A stretch of 64,000 nt of DNA, taken from the IMG/VR virus record IMGVR_UViG_3300044712_000123; one strand, written 5' to 3'. Below the pieces are notes generated by a model. It made no database searches. It saw only the letters and a program-made list of their open reading frames with translations, and was not told where the DNA came from. Positions 40,903-50,791 of this stretch are shown here, in pieces (position 1 is the first letter of the stretch; every line of letters starts with the position of its first letter). The stretch comes from a virus. Lineage: Duplodnaviria > Heunggongvirae > Uroviricota > Caudoviricetes. A program made the translations under genes and the position numbers.

Positions 40903-41056
40903 GTACTTTAGTACTACAGTTTTTTGAAACAAAAGTATTCATTTTTGTTGTTCAGGGACGCTAGGACCGATTCTTTGTTCAGGACTAGCTACTGACTCAC
41001 AAGAAAAGAATTGCCCAAAATTTGACAATAAATGGGTTTGGTTGTATAATTCATGT

Positions 41057-41386
41057 ATGAACTCAAGAAAACGCCGCTCAGATCGTAACCAAGTGATTTA
41101 CTTCATCCAAGATGTTGTAACACTTGAGTACTACATTGGTCTGACTGCTATGGAATTCAATGGCAACGTTTTCAAGACTCTTCGCCGTCGTATGCAAAAG
41201 CACATGCAACGAGCCCTCACTGAAAACAAAGACTGGGGTCTGAGTGTTGCATTGCGTACACGTGGTGCCGAGCGTTTCGTTTTCGGTAAGTTGGAAGTTG
41301 TGCGTGGCAAGAAAGAAGCTCACGCACGTGAGACACAATTGATTAACACATTGCAACCAGCATTGAACACATTTGGAGTCAAATAA
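41057..41386 (+). CDS. GIY-YIG-like nuclease
   Basis: VIYFI....YYIGLT..R..H..E..LI. Confidence 0.65.
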   Translation: MNSRKRRSDRNQVIYFIQDVVTLEYYIGLTAMEFNGNVFKTLRRRMQKHMQRALTENKDWGLSVALRTRGAERFVFGKLEVVRGKKEAHARETQLINTLQPALNTFGVK

Positions 41387-41528
41387 TGACAACTTACCTA
41401 GTGGTCTACAAGTCTTATCAAAAGCCCGGATTAGAACATTTTGAGGTTCTTGCTGAAAACAAATATGATGCAAGAATGAAATTTCTAAAATCAAATATCA
41501 AATACGATTACATCATCAAGGTGATTCT

Positions 41529-41726
41529 ATGACCAAATTCGTACACATCGTCCAAGTCCACCCCGTATACAACGGTATTCTACAAACTCACAAGATCAAG
41601 CACGAAGTAGAATACGATACAAAAAAAGATGCTGATGCGTATATTGAAACATTTAATGCTCAGTATACTGACCTGAGAGCAGTCTACTACGGCTGTGTCA
41701 ACGATGAAACCGGAGAACTGGTATGA
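41529..41726 (+). CDS. Hypothetical protein
   Basis: 65 aa ORF. Confidence 0.6.
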   Translation: MTKFVHIVQVHPVYNGILQTHKIKHEVEYDTKKDADAYIETFNAQYTDLRAVYYGCVNDETGELV

Positions 41727-41874
41727 TGAAACAACTATTAGACCTGCTGTACAAAAAGCAGAGTGAGATTTATGCTGACCCTGATGGCCGAGACGAGTTT
41801 GATTGCCTAGTGGGTTTAATTGAAGACGGCACAATCGACTCCTTTGAAGAACTTGCCAAATACGGAGTTGAAGA

Positions 41875-42114
41875 ATGAAAGATTTTCTAGGGCGTGAACT
41901 TGAACTCGGGGACAGTGTGATTGTTGTCGCTCCTGGTTATCGTCATTTTGTTCTTGCTAGAGTAATTCACTTTACTCCTAAACAAGTTCGTGTGTCGTTT
42001 ATGAACACTTGGAACCACAGTGGTGACGGTTACTACACTGAACTATTGCAAGGTCCCTCGCAACTTACAAAAGTTGACGGCCCTGATCTAACTATGTACC
42101 TTTTGAAAAAATGA
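41875..42114 (+). CDS. Small SH3/KOW-like protein, paralog of 49631
   Basis: D.LGRE...D.V...FTPKQVRV..GPDLTMYLLK. Confidence 0.65.
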   Translation: MKDFLGRELELGDSVIVVAPGYRHFVLARVIHFTPKQVRVSFMNTWNHSGDGYYTELLQGPSQLTKVDGPDLTMYLLKK

Positions 42115-42359
42115 AAATCAATCCCAAACTACAACTGAATATCGCCTTTTGGGCAGTCACTCTTCCGGTAGTTCCATTTGTGGTAATTATATTACTACTG
42201 TCAGTCGTCATCGGCACTATACCAGGCATCGGAAACAAAGTCTTGGACAAAGTAGAGCGACTAATAACAAAGTTCGCAGTTTGGCGTAACAACATTCCCT
42301 TCATCAAAAACGCCTACGATAAGGTACATTTGTTCGATTACATCAAAAATTCCAATTGA
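42111..42359 (+). CDS. Small membrane protein
   Basis: One hydrophobic helix. Confidence 0.65.
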   Translation: MKINPKLQLNIAFWAVTLPVVPFVVIILLLSVVIGTIPGIGNKVLDKVERLITKFAVWRNNIPFIKNAYDKVHLFDYIKNSN

Positions 42360-42414
42360 CAATAAATCGTTTTGGGCATATAATACATGTATAGATTGAT
42401 TAAAGGACAAGTAC

Positions 42415-42786
42415 ATGGCAAGTCTATTCGTTATCCGTGAAAAGAACACTGGCACATTCTGTACCAGTAGCAAGTTCAAACACTTCGAAGCAGACCTGCA
42501 GAAGGCTGCTATGTTCAATCAGCGTAAGAACGCAGAGACTGCCGCCCGTAAGATGTTTGCAGGTGCTGACAAAGGTCAAGTCAATCCCTACGGTGGCTGG
42601 TGCTGGAGAGTCTATAATGAAGATGAAAGTATTCAAGATTTTCACCATGCACTACTGAATGAGTACATCGAGTTCCTCAAAGCCCACAGCGGCAACCATG
42701 CTGACTCGATACAGTATCTGCAAACAAAAGTACGCGAACAACGATGCGAAATGGAAGTTGTTGAGGTAAAGTTGACTTTGGCTTGA
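42415..42786 (+). CDS. Hypothetical protein
   Basis: After promoter 42356, AAGGA RBS. Confidence 0.75.
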   Translation: MASLFVIREKNTGTFCTSSKFKHFEADLQKAAMFNQRKNAETAARKMFAGADKGQVNPYGGWCWRVYNEDESIQDFHHALLNEYIEFLKAHSGNHADSIQYLQTKVREQRCEMEVVEVKLTLA

Positions 42787-42842
42787 CAATAAATCACTTT
42801 GGGCATATAATACATGTATAGATTGAAACAAAGGTCAATGAC

Positions 42843-43070
42843 ATGGAATATCAGTGCTTTTATTTGAACCCAGACTTCAAACTGGCTCATGATGATGACG
42901 CGGAAGTCTTGTTTGAAACTGACAACCTGGCCGAGGCGTGTACTTTCGTTTACAATCTGTTCAAACAAGAAAAGCGTGATATCGCAGTCTATCAGCCACG
43001 TAGTCAGGGCTATCGTGAAATCTATCAAAACAAACTCCGTGACAGTAAGGGTCGATTCGTTAAAGGTTGA
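42843..43070 (+). CDS. Hypothetical protein
   Basis: After promoter 42783. Confidence 0.7.
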   Translation: MEYQCFYLNPDFKLAHDDDAEVLFETDNLAEACTFVYNLFKQEKRDIAVYQPRSQGYREIYQNKLRDSKGRFVKG

Positions 43071-43127
43071 CTTTAATTCAGTTTGGGCATATAATAGATT
43101 CATAGACAGTAAAGAACAGGACTTGAA

Positions 43128-43331
43128 ATGAAACCCGAAACAATGTATTACATCGCATTTGGTACAGTCGTTGATTGGTTTGCCATCAGTGATTCCTACA
43201 AAGTGTATGCTGATACAGCGGATGGCGAGGCAGAACGATGCCGTGCTAACCGTAAGTCGCTCAAGTACAAGGCAAAGGCTATTGTTGGGCTTGATCGTGA
43301 AATGGATCGCTTGGTAAAGGAATACAAATGA
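43128..43331 (+). CDS. Hypothetical protein
   Basis: After promoter 43067. Confidence 0.65.
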   Translation: MKPETMYYIAFGTVVDWFAISDSYKVYADTADGEAERCRANRKSLKYKAKAIVGLDREMDRLVKEYK

Positions 43332-43627
43332 ACATCCAAACCGTAGCAGAAAATCTGCGTAACACAATCGCCGGCAAGGAAGCATTGCTGGAAGAATACA
43401 AGAAGGCAAGTTTGATTGCCGTTCGCAACGATACTCCTGACCGAGTAACTATCGGAGCAATGGCAGGATTCTTGTCTACCAACATTGACGAACTCAAGCG
43501 TATTCTCAAGGATGTGGAACAGTGTGCCAAGCAAGCATCCGATGACAGCTGGATCACTAACCCAGATCGCATGGGCGGTGGCGGTTGGACACAAGATGAA
43601 CTTGATCCTAACAGAGGTTGGAAATAA
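43328..43627 (+). CDS. Hypothetical protein
   Basis: SWITNPDRMGG. Confidence 0.7.
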   Translation: MNIQTVAENLRNTIAGKEALLEEYKKASLIAVRNDTPDRVTIGAMAGFLSTNIDELKRILKDVEQCAKQASDDSWITNPDRMGGGGWTQDELDPNRGWK

Positions 43628-43638
43628 GGAGAAACAAA

Positions 43639-43935
43639 ATGCCCTGCATGAGTTATGATGATCGTCCCGACTACAGTGACCGGGAGTGGAAAAACAAAAC
43701 TGACAAACTGGCTCGCATCGCCTGCAAGGCTATGACTGAGTTGGTTGAGCAAGGTAAAGCAGACTTTTTGATTCTCCGTGATGATGAAGTCCGTGACTGG
43801 TGGGAGGCTCACCAAGAAGCTGATCGCAAAGCACGTGAGGCACGTGAACGTAAAGCACATGATGCACAAGTTCGCAAAGAAGCACTGGCTAAACTGACAC
43901 CAGAAGAAAAGAAAATTCTTGGGATTAAAAAATGA
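43639..43935 (+). CDS. Hypothetical protein
   Basis: AGGAG RBS; MPCMSY..ALAKLTPEEKKILG. Confidence 0.75.
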   Translation: MPCMSYDDRPDYSDREWKNKTDKLARIACKAMTELVEQGKADFLILRDDEVRDWWEAHQEADRKAREARERKAHDAQVRKEALAKLTPEEKKILGIKK

Positions 43936-44276
43936 TTAACGCAAAAGAAGCCCGTGAGTTAGTTGAGCAAAGTGATACTGTCCTGAAAAACCGATTGGAC
44001 TCCATCGAAGTATTGATTCAATCAGCAGCCTCTTTGGGCAAGCGTGAGGTATTACTGAAGGAATATCTCTATCATGCAGACTGGATGAAGGTTGAAAAGC
44101 AACCATTCTACGAACCTGAGTTTACGCCTACACAGCGACTTGTCAAGGTTGAACTTGAGAAGTTGGGATTCACTGTAGATATTCACGGATACCCGATCAC
44201 TATCGGTGGCGGGCTTGGTAGCATGGACGAAGAGCCTCGTGAAGGAACTAGCTATGCTATCAGGGTGAGGTGGTAA
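43932..44276 (+). CDS. Hypothetical protein
   Basis: Coupled ORF. Confidence 0.7.
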   Translation: MINAKEARELVEQSDTVLKNRLDSIEVLIQSAASLGKREVLLKEYLYHADWMKVEKQPFYEPEFTPTQRLVKVELEKLGFTVDIHGYPITIGGGLGSMDEEPREGTSYAIRVRW

Positions 44277-44277
44277 T

Positions 44278-44601
44278 ATGGAATATAAACACATTGGTTG
44301 GTGTAAAGACGAAAAGACAAACAGCGATAAAGTCTGGGGTGTTATTCTACTAGCAGAAGATGTCGCCATCAGCGATGCTTGGCATTTTAAATCAAATAAG
44401 TATGTAACATTCTGGGGCCGTCGCGGTGCCAAACTACAGACAAAACTGTGGAATGGTACTGACTGGGATGCTCGGGAAATGTTTATGAAAAAACAAAACA
44501 AAGGCTACAATTCAGTTGAGAAAAATGAATTGGATGAAGTCTATCCTGAGTTTCAACAAGACTTAGAGAAGACTGCATTCTGGGCTACATTTAAGATTTA
44601 A
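44278..44601 (+). CDS. WGR-domain protein
   Basis: NSDKVW..VTFWGRRG..K.NKGY. Confidence 0.7.
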   Translation: MEYKHIGWCKDEKTNSDKVWGVILLAEDVAISDAWHFKSNKYVTFWGRRGAKLQTKLWNGTDWDAREMFMKKQNKGYNSVEKNELDEVYPEFQQDLEKTAFWATFKI

Positions 44602-44602
44602 T

Positions 44603-44809
44603 ATGCCTAGAGTTTTGAACAAAAGTATTTGGCCCTATCAGGTCTTCATTGAGAGGGGCGATATAAAAGAATTTGGCAAAAGGGTCCAGTGGTTGAAAGA
44701 TAACTTGTATCACGGCGGCTACTATGAACCAAAGTGGTATGTCAACGGAGACACTTATTGTTTTCAAGACGAAAAAGAATACCTACATTTTTTATTGGTG
44801 TGGCAGTGA
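44603..44809 (+). CDS. F..EKD..F.L.W family protein
   Basis: Ends YCFQDEKEYLHFLLVWQ. Confidence 0.7.
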   Translation: MPRVLNKSIWPYQVFIERGDIKEFGKRVQWLKDNLYHGGYYEPKWYVNGDTYCFQDEKEYLHFLLVWQ

Positions 44810-44815
44810 TAGACA

Positions 44816-45013
44816 ATGAACGAAAAAATTAATACATGGAGAGCACTACAAGACTTGCCACCAGCAGTGTCAAGTTTTTGGTGCCGCTTTAACTGGCACA
44901 CTTGGACTAAGTGGAGTGATCCTGTATCTAGTAGTTATTCATCATTCACCCGGCAAGATCGTTACTGCATCCATTGCAATAGCGTAGAAACAAAAAAGTG
45001 GCGATCATCATGA
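44816..45013 (+). CDS. Small Cys/His protein
   Basis: CRFNWHTW..CIHC. Confidence 0.65.
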   Translation: MNEKINTWRALQDLPPAVSSFWCRFNWHTWTKWSDPVSSSYSSFTRQDRYCIHCNSVETKKWRSS

Positions 45014-45240
45014 ATAGTTCACAAAGACGCAAAAGCAAAAGAGAATTCCCTCATGTGATTAAATTGTTACCAGACGCAGGAATGCGTTACTTTGAGCATG
45101 ATGACAAGGTGATGACTGCACGTAATTGGTGCAGTCGTAATTGCCGCAGTGGCTTTAGAGTTGACAGTAGCTGGGACCATGCTGAATTCAAATTCGCAAC
45201 AGAAAAGGATGCGGTAATTTTCGCATTGAAGTGGCTATGA
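45010..45240 (+). CDS. F..EKD..F.L.W family protein
   Basis: Ends FKFATEKDAVIFALKWL. Confidence 0.7.
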   Translation: MNSSQRRKSKREFPHVIKLLPDAGMRYFEHDDKVMTARNWCSRNCRSGFRVDSSWDHAEFKFATEKDAVIFALKWL

Positions 45241-45515
45241 GTCTATTAAGTTTAGATGTAAATTCGATGTACCCACATCAAGTCAATGTCAATTTAACAG
45301 TGAAACCCTACACGTTATTGTGTTCTAGTTCAGACAGTTTTGGTACAATGTGGTATGAAATTGAAGTCTGTGTAAATAGCTTACGGCGTTGGATTGAAGA
45401 TCAACCAGAAGACTTGTGGTGTGATGGTACATATACATGGGGTCGTAAAACATCGGGTATACCTTACTTGGTACACGAATCACTATACACGTTCATAACA
45501 TTGAGGTGGGAATAA
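45237..45515 (+). CDS. Hypothetical protein, related C-terminus
   Basis: Ends YTFITLRWE. Confidence 0.65.
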   Translation: MSLLSLDVNSMYPHQVNVNLTVKPYTLLCSSSDSFGTMWYEIEVCVNSLRRWIEDQPEDLWCDGTYTWGRKTSGIPYLVHESLYTFITLRWE

Positions 45516-45988
45516 TGGGTATTATTAGAAACACAACAGATGGTATCTACCCTTACCAACAAGCTATGTATAATAAAATATCACAGGGTGGATTTAAAAC
45601 GGGCGCAATGCAGATTATATCTTCTGGTCGACAGTCTGGCAAGAGTATGCTGAATGCTATTTACAATAATAACCTTTGCAAGGAGATTACATTGTCAGGT
45701 CAAGAGTATCTCCATTTAGTAGAACTGAAAATGGGTTTTGCTAATCTAGCCACAGACAGAATCAAACAGAGAAAAAAAGTGAAGCAATATAAATTTAGTC
45801 GTGCCAAATGGTATGAGGGCAAATTTAACTGGCGCAAGTATGAAGAGGTACATAACTGGTGTGAGCAACACTTTGGCAAGCATCCCAAGAGACCTGATGC
45901 TTGGTCGCGCTGGAACCATATGTATGAAGATATGATTCTTTTCCGTGACGAAAAAGATTACATGTTGTTCGTGCTGAGGTGGTCATGA
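45515..45988 (+). CDS. P-loop-like fragment fused to F..EKD..F.LRW domain
   Basis: SGRQSGKS; ends FRDEKDYMLFVLRWS. Confidence 0.65.
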   Translation: MGIIRNTTDGIYPYQQAMYNKISQGGFKTGAMQIISSGRQSGKSMLNAIYNNNLCKEITLSGQEYLHLVELKMGFANLATDRIKQRKKVKQYKFSRAKWYEGKFNWRKYEEVHNWCEQHFGKHPKRPDAWSRWNHMYEDMILFRDEKDYMLFVLRWS

Positions 45989-46233
45989 AGTATTGGAACA
46001 AACAACACAAACTACGAGAAAGGTGGTACAAGGTTGAATTACCCAAGACACTTCTTATAAATAGTGTGTTTCCATCCATCGATGGATGGTGGACCTGGTC
46101 CAAGTTCGACTCTCTTAAAAGAGAGTTGCAAATGATTGATAGTCCTGGAAAGTTTTATATGAGTGTCATGCACCGAGATGTTTATTTTGAGCGTCAACAA
46201 GACGCAGTTTATTTTAGTTTGAGGTATCTATGA
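45985..46233 (+). CDS. F..EKD family protein
   Basis: Ends YFERQQDAVYFSLRYL. Confidence 0.65.
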   Translation: MKYWNKQHKLRERWYKVELPKTLLINSVFPSIDGWWTWSKFDSLKRELQMIDSPGKFYMSVMHRDVYFERQQDAVYFSLRYL

Positions 46234-46508
46234 CAGTTTATTACAAAATCAGATATAAAGACGATCCTGAAAAGTACATTAAAGGTACGCCCTACTACCA
46301 GAGTTATGACAAGACTGGTAGAATCTTTCAGACTCTTGGTCAACTACGTACCTTCTTGACTGGTGTGATGAATGCTGATGGGCGCAGTGATGGTAGAAAT
46401 CGAGTCAGTGAATGGGAAATCGTTGAACTTGAAATGGTAGTGAAGGAAGTCAAAGGTGTTCATGAAGTCATCACTGCCAAGAAACTTAAAGAAATGATAA
46501 TGAAATGA
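46230..46508 (+). CDS. Hypothetical protein
   Basis: 92 aa coupled ORF. Confidence 0.7.
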   Translation: MTVYYKIRYKDDPEKYIKGTPYYQSYDKTGRIFQTLGQLRTFLTGVMNADGRSDGRNRVSEWEIVELEMVVKEVKGVHEVITAKKLKEMIMK

Positions 46509-46750
46509 GTTACTTTGAACAAGTATACGGAAAGTCTGGAGTAAGACTTGAATATAAACCTATGTACTTACCTTGCGGTGGAGTAGCATATTTTGATGAT
46601 GGTTCAGGATATGGTTATCGATGTGAATGTGGTTCTGTCGTGGGCTCGATCGGGCAACCACAACAGTGTAAAGATGAAGCACAAAAGTATGATAACTGGC
46701 AAACACTTGGTGGCAAGGGTTGGGATTATGATAAAGGATGTCCAAAATGA
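46505..46750 (+). CDS. Small Cys-containing protein
   Basis: LPCGG..YRCECGSVVGS. Confidence 0.7.
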   Translation: MSYFEQVYGKSGVRLEYKPMYLPCGGVAYFDDGSGYGYRCECGSVVGSIGQPQQCKDEAQKYDNWQTLGGKGWDYDKGCPK

Positions 46751-47028
46751 ATAAAGAAGAAATAATCTATAACATGTGCATGACGTACAGACACGATTAT
46801 GGATTGCGCAAAGAACAAAGTGATCCAAGTTGGACAGCAGGCATGACTGAGCAGGATGCCATAATGCTGTACAAAACAATGGAACAGATATATAATAACA
46901 ACATCGAACCGTTACTCAAAGAGTTTAACGACTTACGAGAAGGTAAGAGTGTTCAAGTTCCACAGAGCAAAGAACATGCGGCACTCATGTTAAAATTGGC
47001 ACAAATGTATTTAGGAATAGACAAATGA
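46747..47028 (+). CDS. Hypothetical protein
   Basis: MCMTYRHDYGL. Confidence 0.7.
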   Translation: MNKEEIIYNMCMTYRHDYGLRKEQSDPSWTAGMTEQDAIMLYKTMEQIYNNNIEPLLKEFNDLREGKSVQVPQSKEHAALMLKLAQMYLGIDK

Positions 47029-47543
47029 AACTAGCACAAGTAAACGAAGCACTCGACCACAAGATCACTAGTGGCTCAGAATATCAATGGAATTGTTATG
47101 GTCCCGATGCACGTTACTTGGACTATGAAAGTGATTATGCAAGTGTAAGCGTAATCTACGATACGACCAATCAAGTGGTTTATCAAGCTGAGGTATCTGT
47201 CAAAGGTGATGCGTGGTCAGAAGATTCACGACCATATCGTTGGTTGTATCCCTACACCAAAGATGCATTCATCAATGAATCTAAGGATCGAAAGGTTGAT
47301 CCTGATCAGGCATGGGATGATGTCAAGTGGATTGACTTGGAAACAGAAGAAGACTTCCTAGAAAAAGCAGTCGCTATGTTCAACGGTGATGAATGGGATA
47401 CTCGTGTTCAGGTTCCATTAGATTTAGACGATAATCTTTTGATGCATCTTGCAATGGAAGCACACAAGCGAGATATCACACTAAATAAGATGGTTGAGAT
47501 TGTTTTGCAAGAAGCAATCGACCGTCATAAGGAAACAGTTTGA
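47025..47543 (+). CDS. Hypothetical protein, possible C-terminal ribbon-helix-helix/HicB-like segment
   Basis: VPLDL....LAMEAHKRDITLNKMV. Confidence 0.65.
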   Translation: MKLAQVNEALDHKITSGSEYQWNCYGPDARYLDYESDYASVSVIYDTTNQVVYQAEVSVKGDAWSEDSRPYRWLYPYTKDAFINESKDRKVDPDQAWDDVKWIDLETEEDFLEKAVAMFNGDEWDTRVQVPLDLDDNLLMHLAMEAHKRDITLNKMVEIVLQEAIDRHKETV

Positions 47544-47830
47544 CTGACTTACTTTTTAACATCATAGTCTGGATCAGAGAGGATTGGCGAAGTAATCCTC
47601 TCCGCTGTTTCTTAGAAATCTTAGCATGGTTCATGAGTATCGGTTGCTCGGTCACTATGATGTTGACTGTGCCCACTCCCCCTTTCTTAATTCTTTATCC
47701 ACTGTTTATTGCCCAATGTGCAATCTTTGCATGGGCAGCATGGACACGTAAGAGTTTAGGTATGTTAGCAAACTATATGCTGTTGGTAAGTATTGACAGC
47801 GTAGCACTTTTTAGAATGGCAGTATTATGA
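47540..47830 (+). CDS. Membrane protein
   Basis: Three hydrophobic helices. Confidence 0.7.
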   Translation: MTDLLFNIIVWIREDWRSNPLRCFLEILAWFMSIGCSVTMMLTVPTPPFLILYPLFIAQCAIFAWAAWTRKSLGMLANYMLLVSIDSVALFRMAVL

Positions 47831-48141
47831 TTAATTGGACAGACCCCAACAACCTAGTAGTTATTGATGACAACATTGAGCCAGCACTTCACAAGTGGCT
47901 TAAAGATATCATGTCAGTTACAGAAGTAACAGTCACCTTTACAAAGGTAGATGGTACTGAACGTGTAATGAAATGCACATTACAAGCCGACAAGTTGCCT
48001 CCTGTAGTAATCAAAGAAGACGCAAAGCCTCGTAAAGAAACTACAAGCACAAAGGCATTGCGTGTGTTTGACATTGAAAAACAAGAATGGCGTAGCTTCA
48101 CCATTAAAAATATCAAGCGAATCGATCTATCACTGGTATGA
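47827..48141 (+). CDS. WYL-like/SH3-fold phage protein
   Basis: VTFTKVDGTERVMKCTL..VFDIEKQEWRSF. Confidence 0.7.
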   Translation: MINWTDPNNLVVIDDNIEPALHKWLKDIMSVTEVTVTFTKVDGTERVMKCTLQADKLPPVVIKEDAKPRKETTSTKALRVFDIEKQEWRSFTIKNIKRIDLSLV

Positions 48142-49460
48142 CAGATATTGAGTTAAACGAACTATTCAATAAAGGCAATCAGCATTACTTCAACAAAGAG
48201 TTTGTGGAAGCATCACTGTGTTACATGGAACTGTTGAAGTACGTGCCGGATAACCATGTGATTCATCACAATTTGGGATTGGCGTATATTGGGCTAGAGC
48301 AATACGAAAAATCGTTGAATTGTTTTGAATTACCGTTATCAAAAGGATATACTGATAGCTATCTTAGCAGAGGTAGTGCATTGCGTAGTCTAGGTAAGTA
48401 CGAAGGGGCACTTGCTGATTTTTGTAAGTTAGTGACTTTGGATCCTACGTCGGCTGATGCATACTCTAATATCGGTAATACGTTGCGTGAGTTTGGTATG
48501 CCTGTTGCTGCCCTTCCTTTCTTAGAGAAAGCACTTGAGTCTCAACCCGATAATCCTACATTTAAATTGAATGAGAGTGTAGCTCATTTATTGAATGGTG
48601 ACTTGGAAAACGGTTGGAAAAACTATGATGCACGTTGGTACTATCAAAGTGATGTTTCCTTCAAGCCAAATTTGCCAGGAGTTGAGTATGACGGAACTCA
48701 AGACGTTGCTGGTAAGATTGTTCTAGTATATGGTGAACAGGGTTTTGGTGATAACATACAGTTTGTAAGATTCATCAAGATACTTCAAGAACGTGGCGCG
48801 ACAATCACTATGGTTGTAAGACCTCAACTTGTAGGTTTATTTGAATGTAACTTTCCTAACGTGAAGATAAAAACAGATTTTAGTAGTTTGGAATATCACT
48901 ATCATTGTCCAATGATGGAGCTACCTAAATGTTTGGGTATTACTATCAAATCTATTCCATACAACAACCGATACCTTACGGCCCCGTTAACCCCTGATGT
49001 TAAGTTACCTACTACTAAAAAGAAACGTGTTGGTATTCAATGGGGGAGCAACGGTGTTGCATTCATCACCCGCTTTAGAAAGATGGAGCTTGCTACATTG
49101 TTGGGAATAGCACGTGATGATATCGAAATATATTGCTTGGGGTTTGAGCCCAATGAAGAAGAAGTCGAGCTATTAAAAAATTATAAAGTCAAGACACCTG
49201 ACTTGGGAGATTTCTGTAAGACTGCAAGCATAATTTCACAGCTTGATTTGGTCATCACTGTTGACACTGTGACTGCACACTTGGCCGGTGCACTTGGAGT
49301 CGAAACATGGGTCATGCTCAGTCAGTATGGTTGTGATTGGCGATGGTTCTTGAATAGAACTGATAGCCCATTCTATGAAAACATGAGGTTGTTTCGTCAA
49401 ACAGACAACACATGGGATAGTGTCATTGACCAGATAAAATTGGCTCTTGACACTAAATAA
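48138..49460 (+). CDS. TPR-repeat protein with glycosyltransferase family 9-like domain
   Basis: N-terminal TPRs; EQGFGDNIQFVRF; DLVITVDTVTAHLAGALG..W.W. Confidence 0.88.
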   Translation: MTDIELNELFNKGNQHYFNKEFVEASLCYMELLKYVPDNHVIHHNLGLAYIGLEQYEKSLNCFELPLSKGYTDSYLSRGSALRSLGKYEGALADFCKLVTLDPTSADAYSNIGNTLREFGMPVAALPFLEKALESQPDNPTFKLNESVAHLLNGDLENGWKNYDARWYYQSDVSFKPNLPGVEYDGTQDVAGKIVLVYGEQGFGDNIQFVRFIKILQERGATITMVVRPQLVGLFECNFPNVKIKTDFSSLEYHYHCPMMELPKCLGITIKSIPYNNRYLTAPLTPDVKLPTTKKKRVGIQWGSNGVAFITRFRKMELATLLGIARDDIEIYCLGFEPNEEEVELLKNYKVKTPDLGDFCKTASIISQLDLVITVDTVTAHLAGALGVETWVMLSQYGCDWRWFLNRTDSPFYENMRLFRQTDNTWDSVIDQIKLALDTK

Positions 49461-49482
49461 GACTCATGTTATAATATGGGTT

Positions 49483-49641
49483 ATGAAACGAGAAATACTA
49501 TCCTTCAAAATTGAGCCGATGAAACATCGTGCTCACCGAGTGTTGTTTGATGAAAACACACCGTTCAAACCTAAGGTTGTAAAATCTAAAAAAGGTGAGT
49601 ACAACCGTCGACCAAAGCACAGGAACAAAGATGAGTACTAA
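49483..49641 (+). CDS. ArfA-like alternative ribosome-rescue factor
   Basis: LF...PFKPKVVKSKKG.YNRRPKH resembles the ArfA core L..PLFR.RV...KKG..SY.RK.KH. Confidence 0.5.
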   Translation: MKREILSFKIEPMKHRAHRVLFDENTPFKPKVVKSKKGEYNRRPKHRNKDEY

Positions 49642-49882
49642 AGTAGTACACGAAGACCACCGTGATCTACTTGGTCGCGAAGTCAAAGAGGATGATGCTG
49701 TAGCATTCACGCATCACAATACCCTTTATGTGGGTAAGGTTATCAAAATCACGCCCAAGCAGGTCCGTGTGGTACCCATGTTGTCAACTTATCGGAATGA
49801 TACGGGTTATCTAAAGTATACAAATCAATGTGTACTGATAGGTGGCCCTGAACTGACGATGCACCTCTTAAAAAATCTCTAA
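49631..49882 (+). CDS. Paralog of 41875
   Basis: DLLGREV..ITPKQVRV..GPELTMHLLK. Confidence 0.65.
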   Translation: MSTKVVHEDHRDLLGREVKEDDAVAFTHHNTLYVGKVIKITPKQVRVVPMLSTYRNDTGYLKYTNQCVLIGGPELTMHLLKNL

Positions 49883-50080
49883 AAAATTTGACAATAAATC
49901 CATTTCCTGATACAATACATGTATTGAAACGATAAGGAATTGGAAGTATGAAATTCACTCTCATTACAACTAACGGTAAAGTTCTCACTTTCTTCGTCAA
50001 GGCTGTCGCAGAAACGTTTCAACAAGCATACGGTGGCAATCTGTTCACCAATGAAATTCTCAACACAAAGGAAACTCAAA

Positions 50081-50308
50081 ATGTCGCTTAAACAAAAAGC
50101 ATTACTTATTACCCTCAGCGTGATCCTATCTGCTGTAGTCGGAGCAATGGTCGCCGCATTTCTCGTTGCAAACGTAAGTATTCTAACACTGGCTAATATT
50201 GCTATCGTCTTGGTGCTAGGTTGGGCAGTCTATCTGTTGTACGGCGCCACGCTCAACCGACTTGAGTATGAGGAAACACTCAAGAAAATGACCGAAAAAA
50301 AGGATTGA
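50081..50308 (+). CDS. Small membrane protein
   Basis: Two hydrophobic helices. Confidence 0.65.
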   Translation: MSLKQKALLITLSVILSAVVGAMVAAFLVANVSILTLANIAIVLVLGWAVYLLYGATLNRLEYEETLKKMTEKKD

Positions 50309-50365
50309 CAATAAATCATTTCGGGTATATAATAGAATCTTAAACAGTCGAAACAAGGAATCAAA

Positions 50366-50791
50366 ATGTCTACTCGTTCAGCAATCGGTATCATGCATGG
50401 TGACAACTGCAAAGCTATCTACTGTCACAGCGACGGCTACCTTTCTTACGTGGGTAAGGTTCTGTTGAATCACTATGACAGCACCAAAGCTAACTTCTTG
50501 GTTGCTCAGGGTGACTGCTCTATGCTCGGTAAAGAGATTGGTGAGAAGATTGATTTCAACGACCGCATGGTCTATGACACTGACAACATTGCAAAGCAAT
50601 GCCGTTTCTACAAGCGTGACCGTGACGAGACCGGTGTTGATTTCAAAACATTCTTCAATGAACAAGAGTTGTTCGAGGGTATCGATGCCGAATATTTCTA
50701 CGTGATGAAAGACAATGTGTGGTATGTGTCTGAAGGCAGTGAGTGGAAAGTCTTGTCAGAAGCTATTGCAGAAGAAATGGTTGGTGCTTAA
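50366..50791 (+). CDS. Conserved phage hypothetical protein
   Basis: MSTRSAIG..IYCHSDGY..VG..L..HY. Confidence 0.8.
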   Translation: MSTRSAIGIMHGDNCKAIYCHSDGYLSYVGKVLLNHYDSTKANFLVAQGDCSMLGKEIGEKIDFNDRMVYDTDNIAKQCRFYKRDRDETGVDFKTFFNEQELFEGIDAEYFYVMKDNVWYVSEGSEWKVLSEAIAEEMVGA

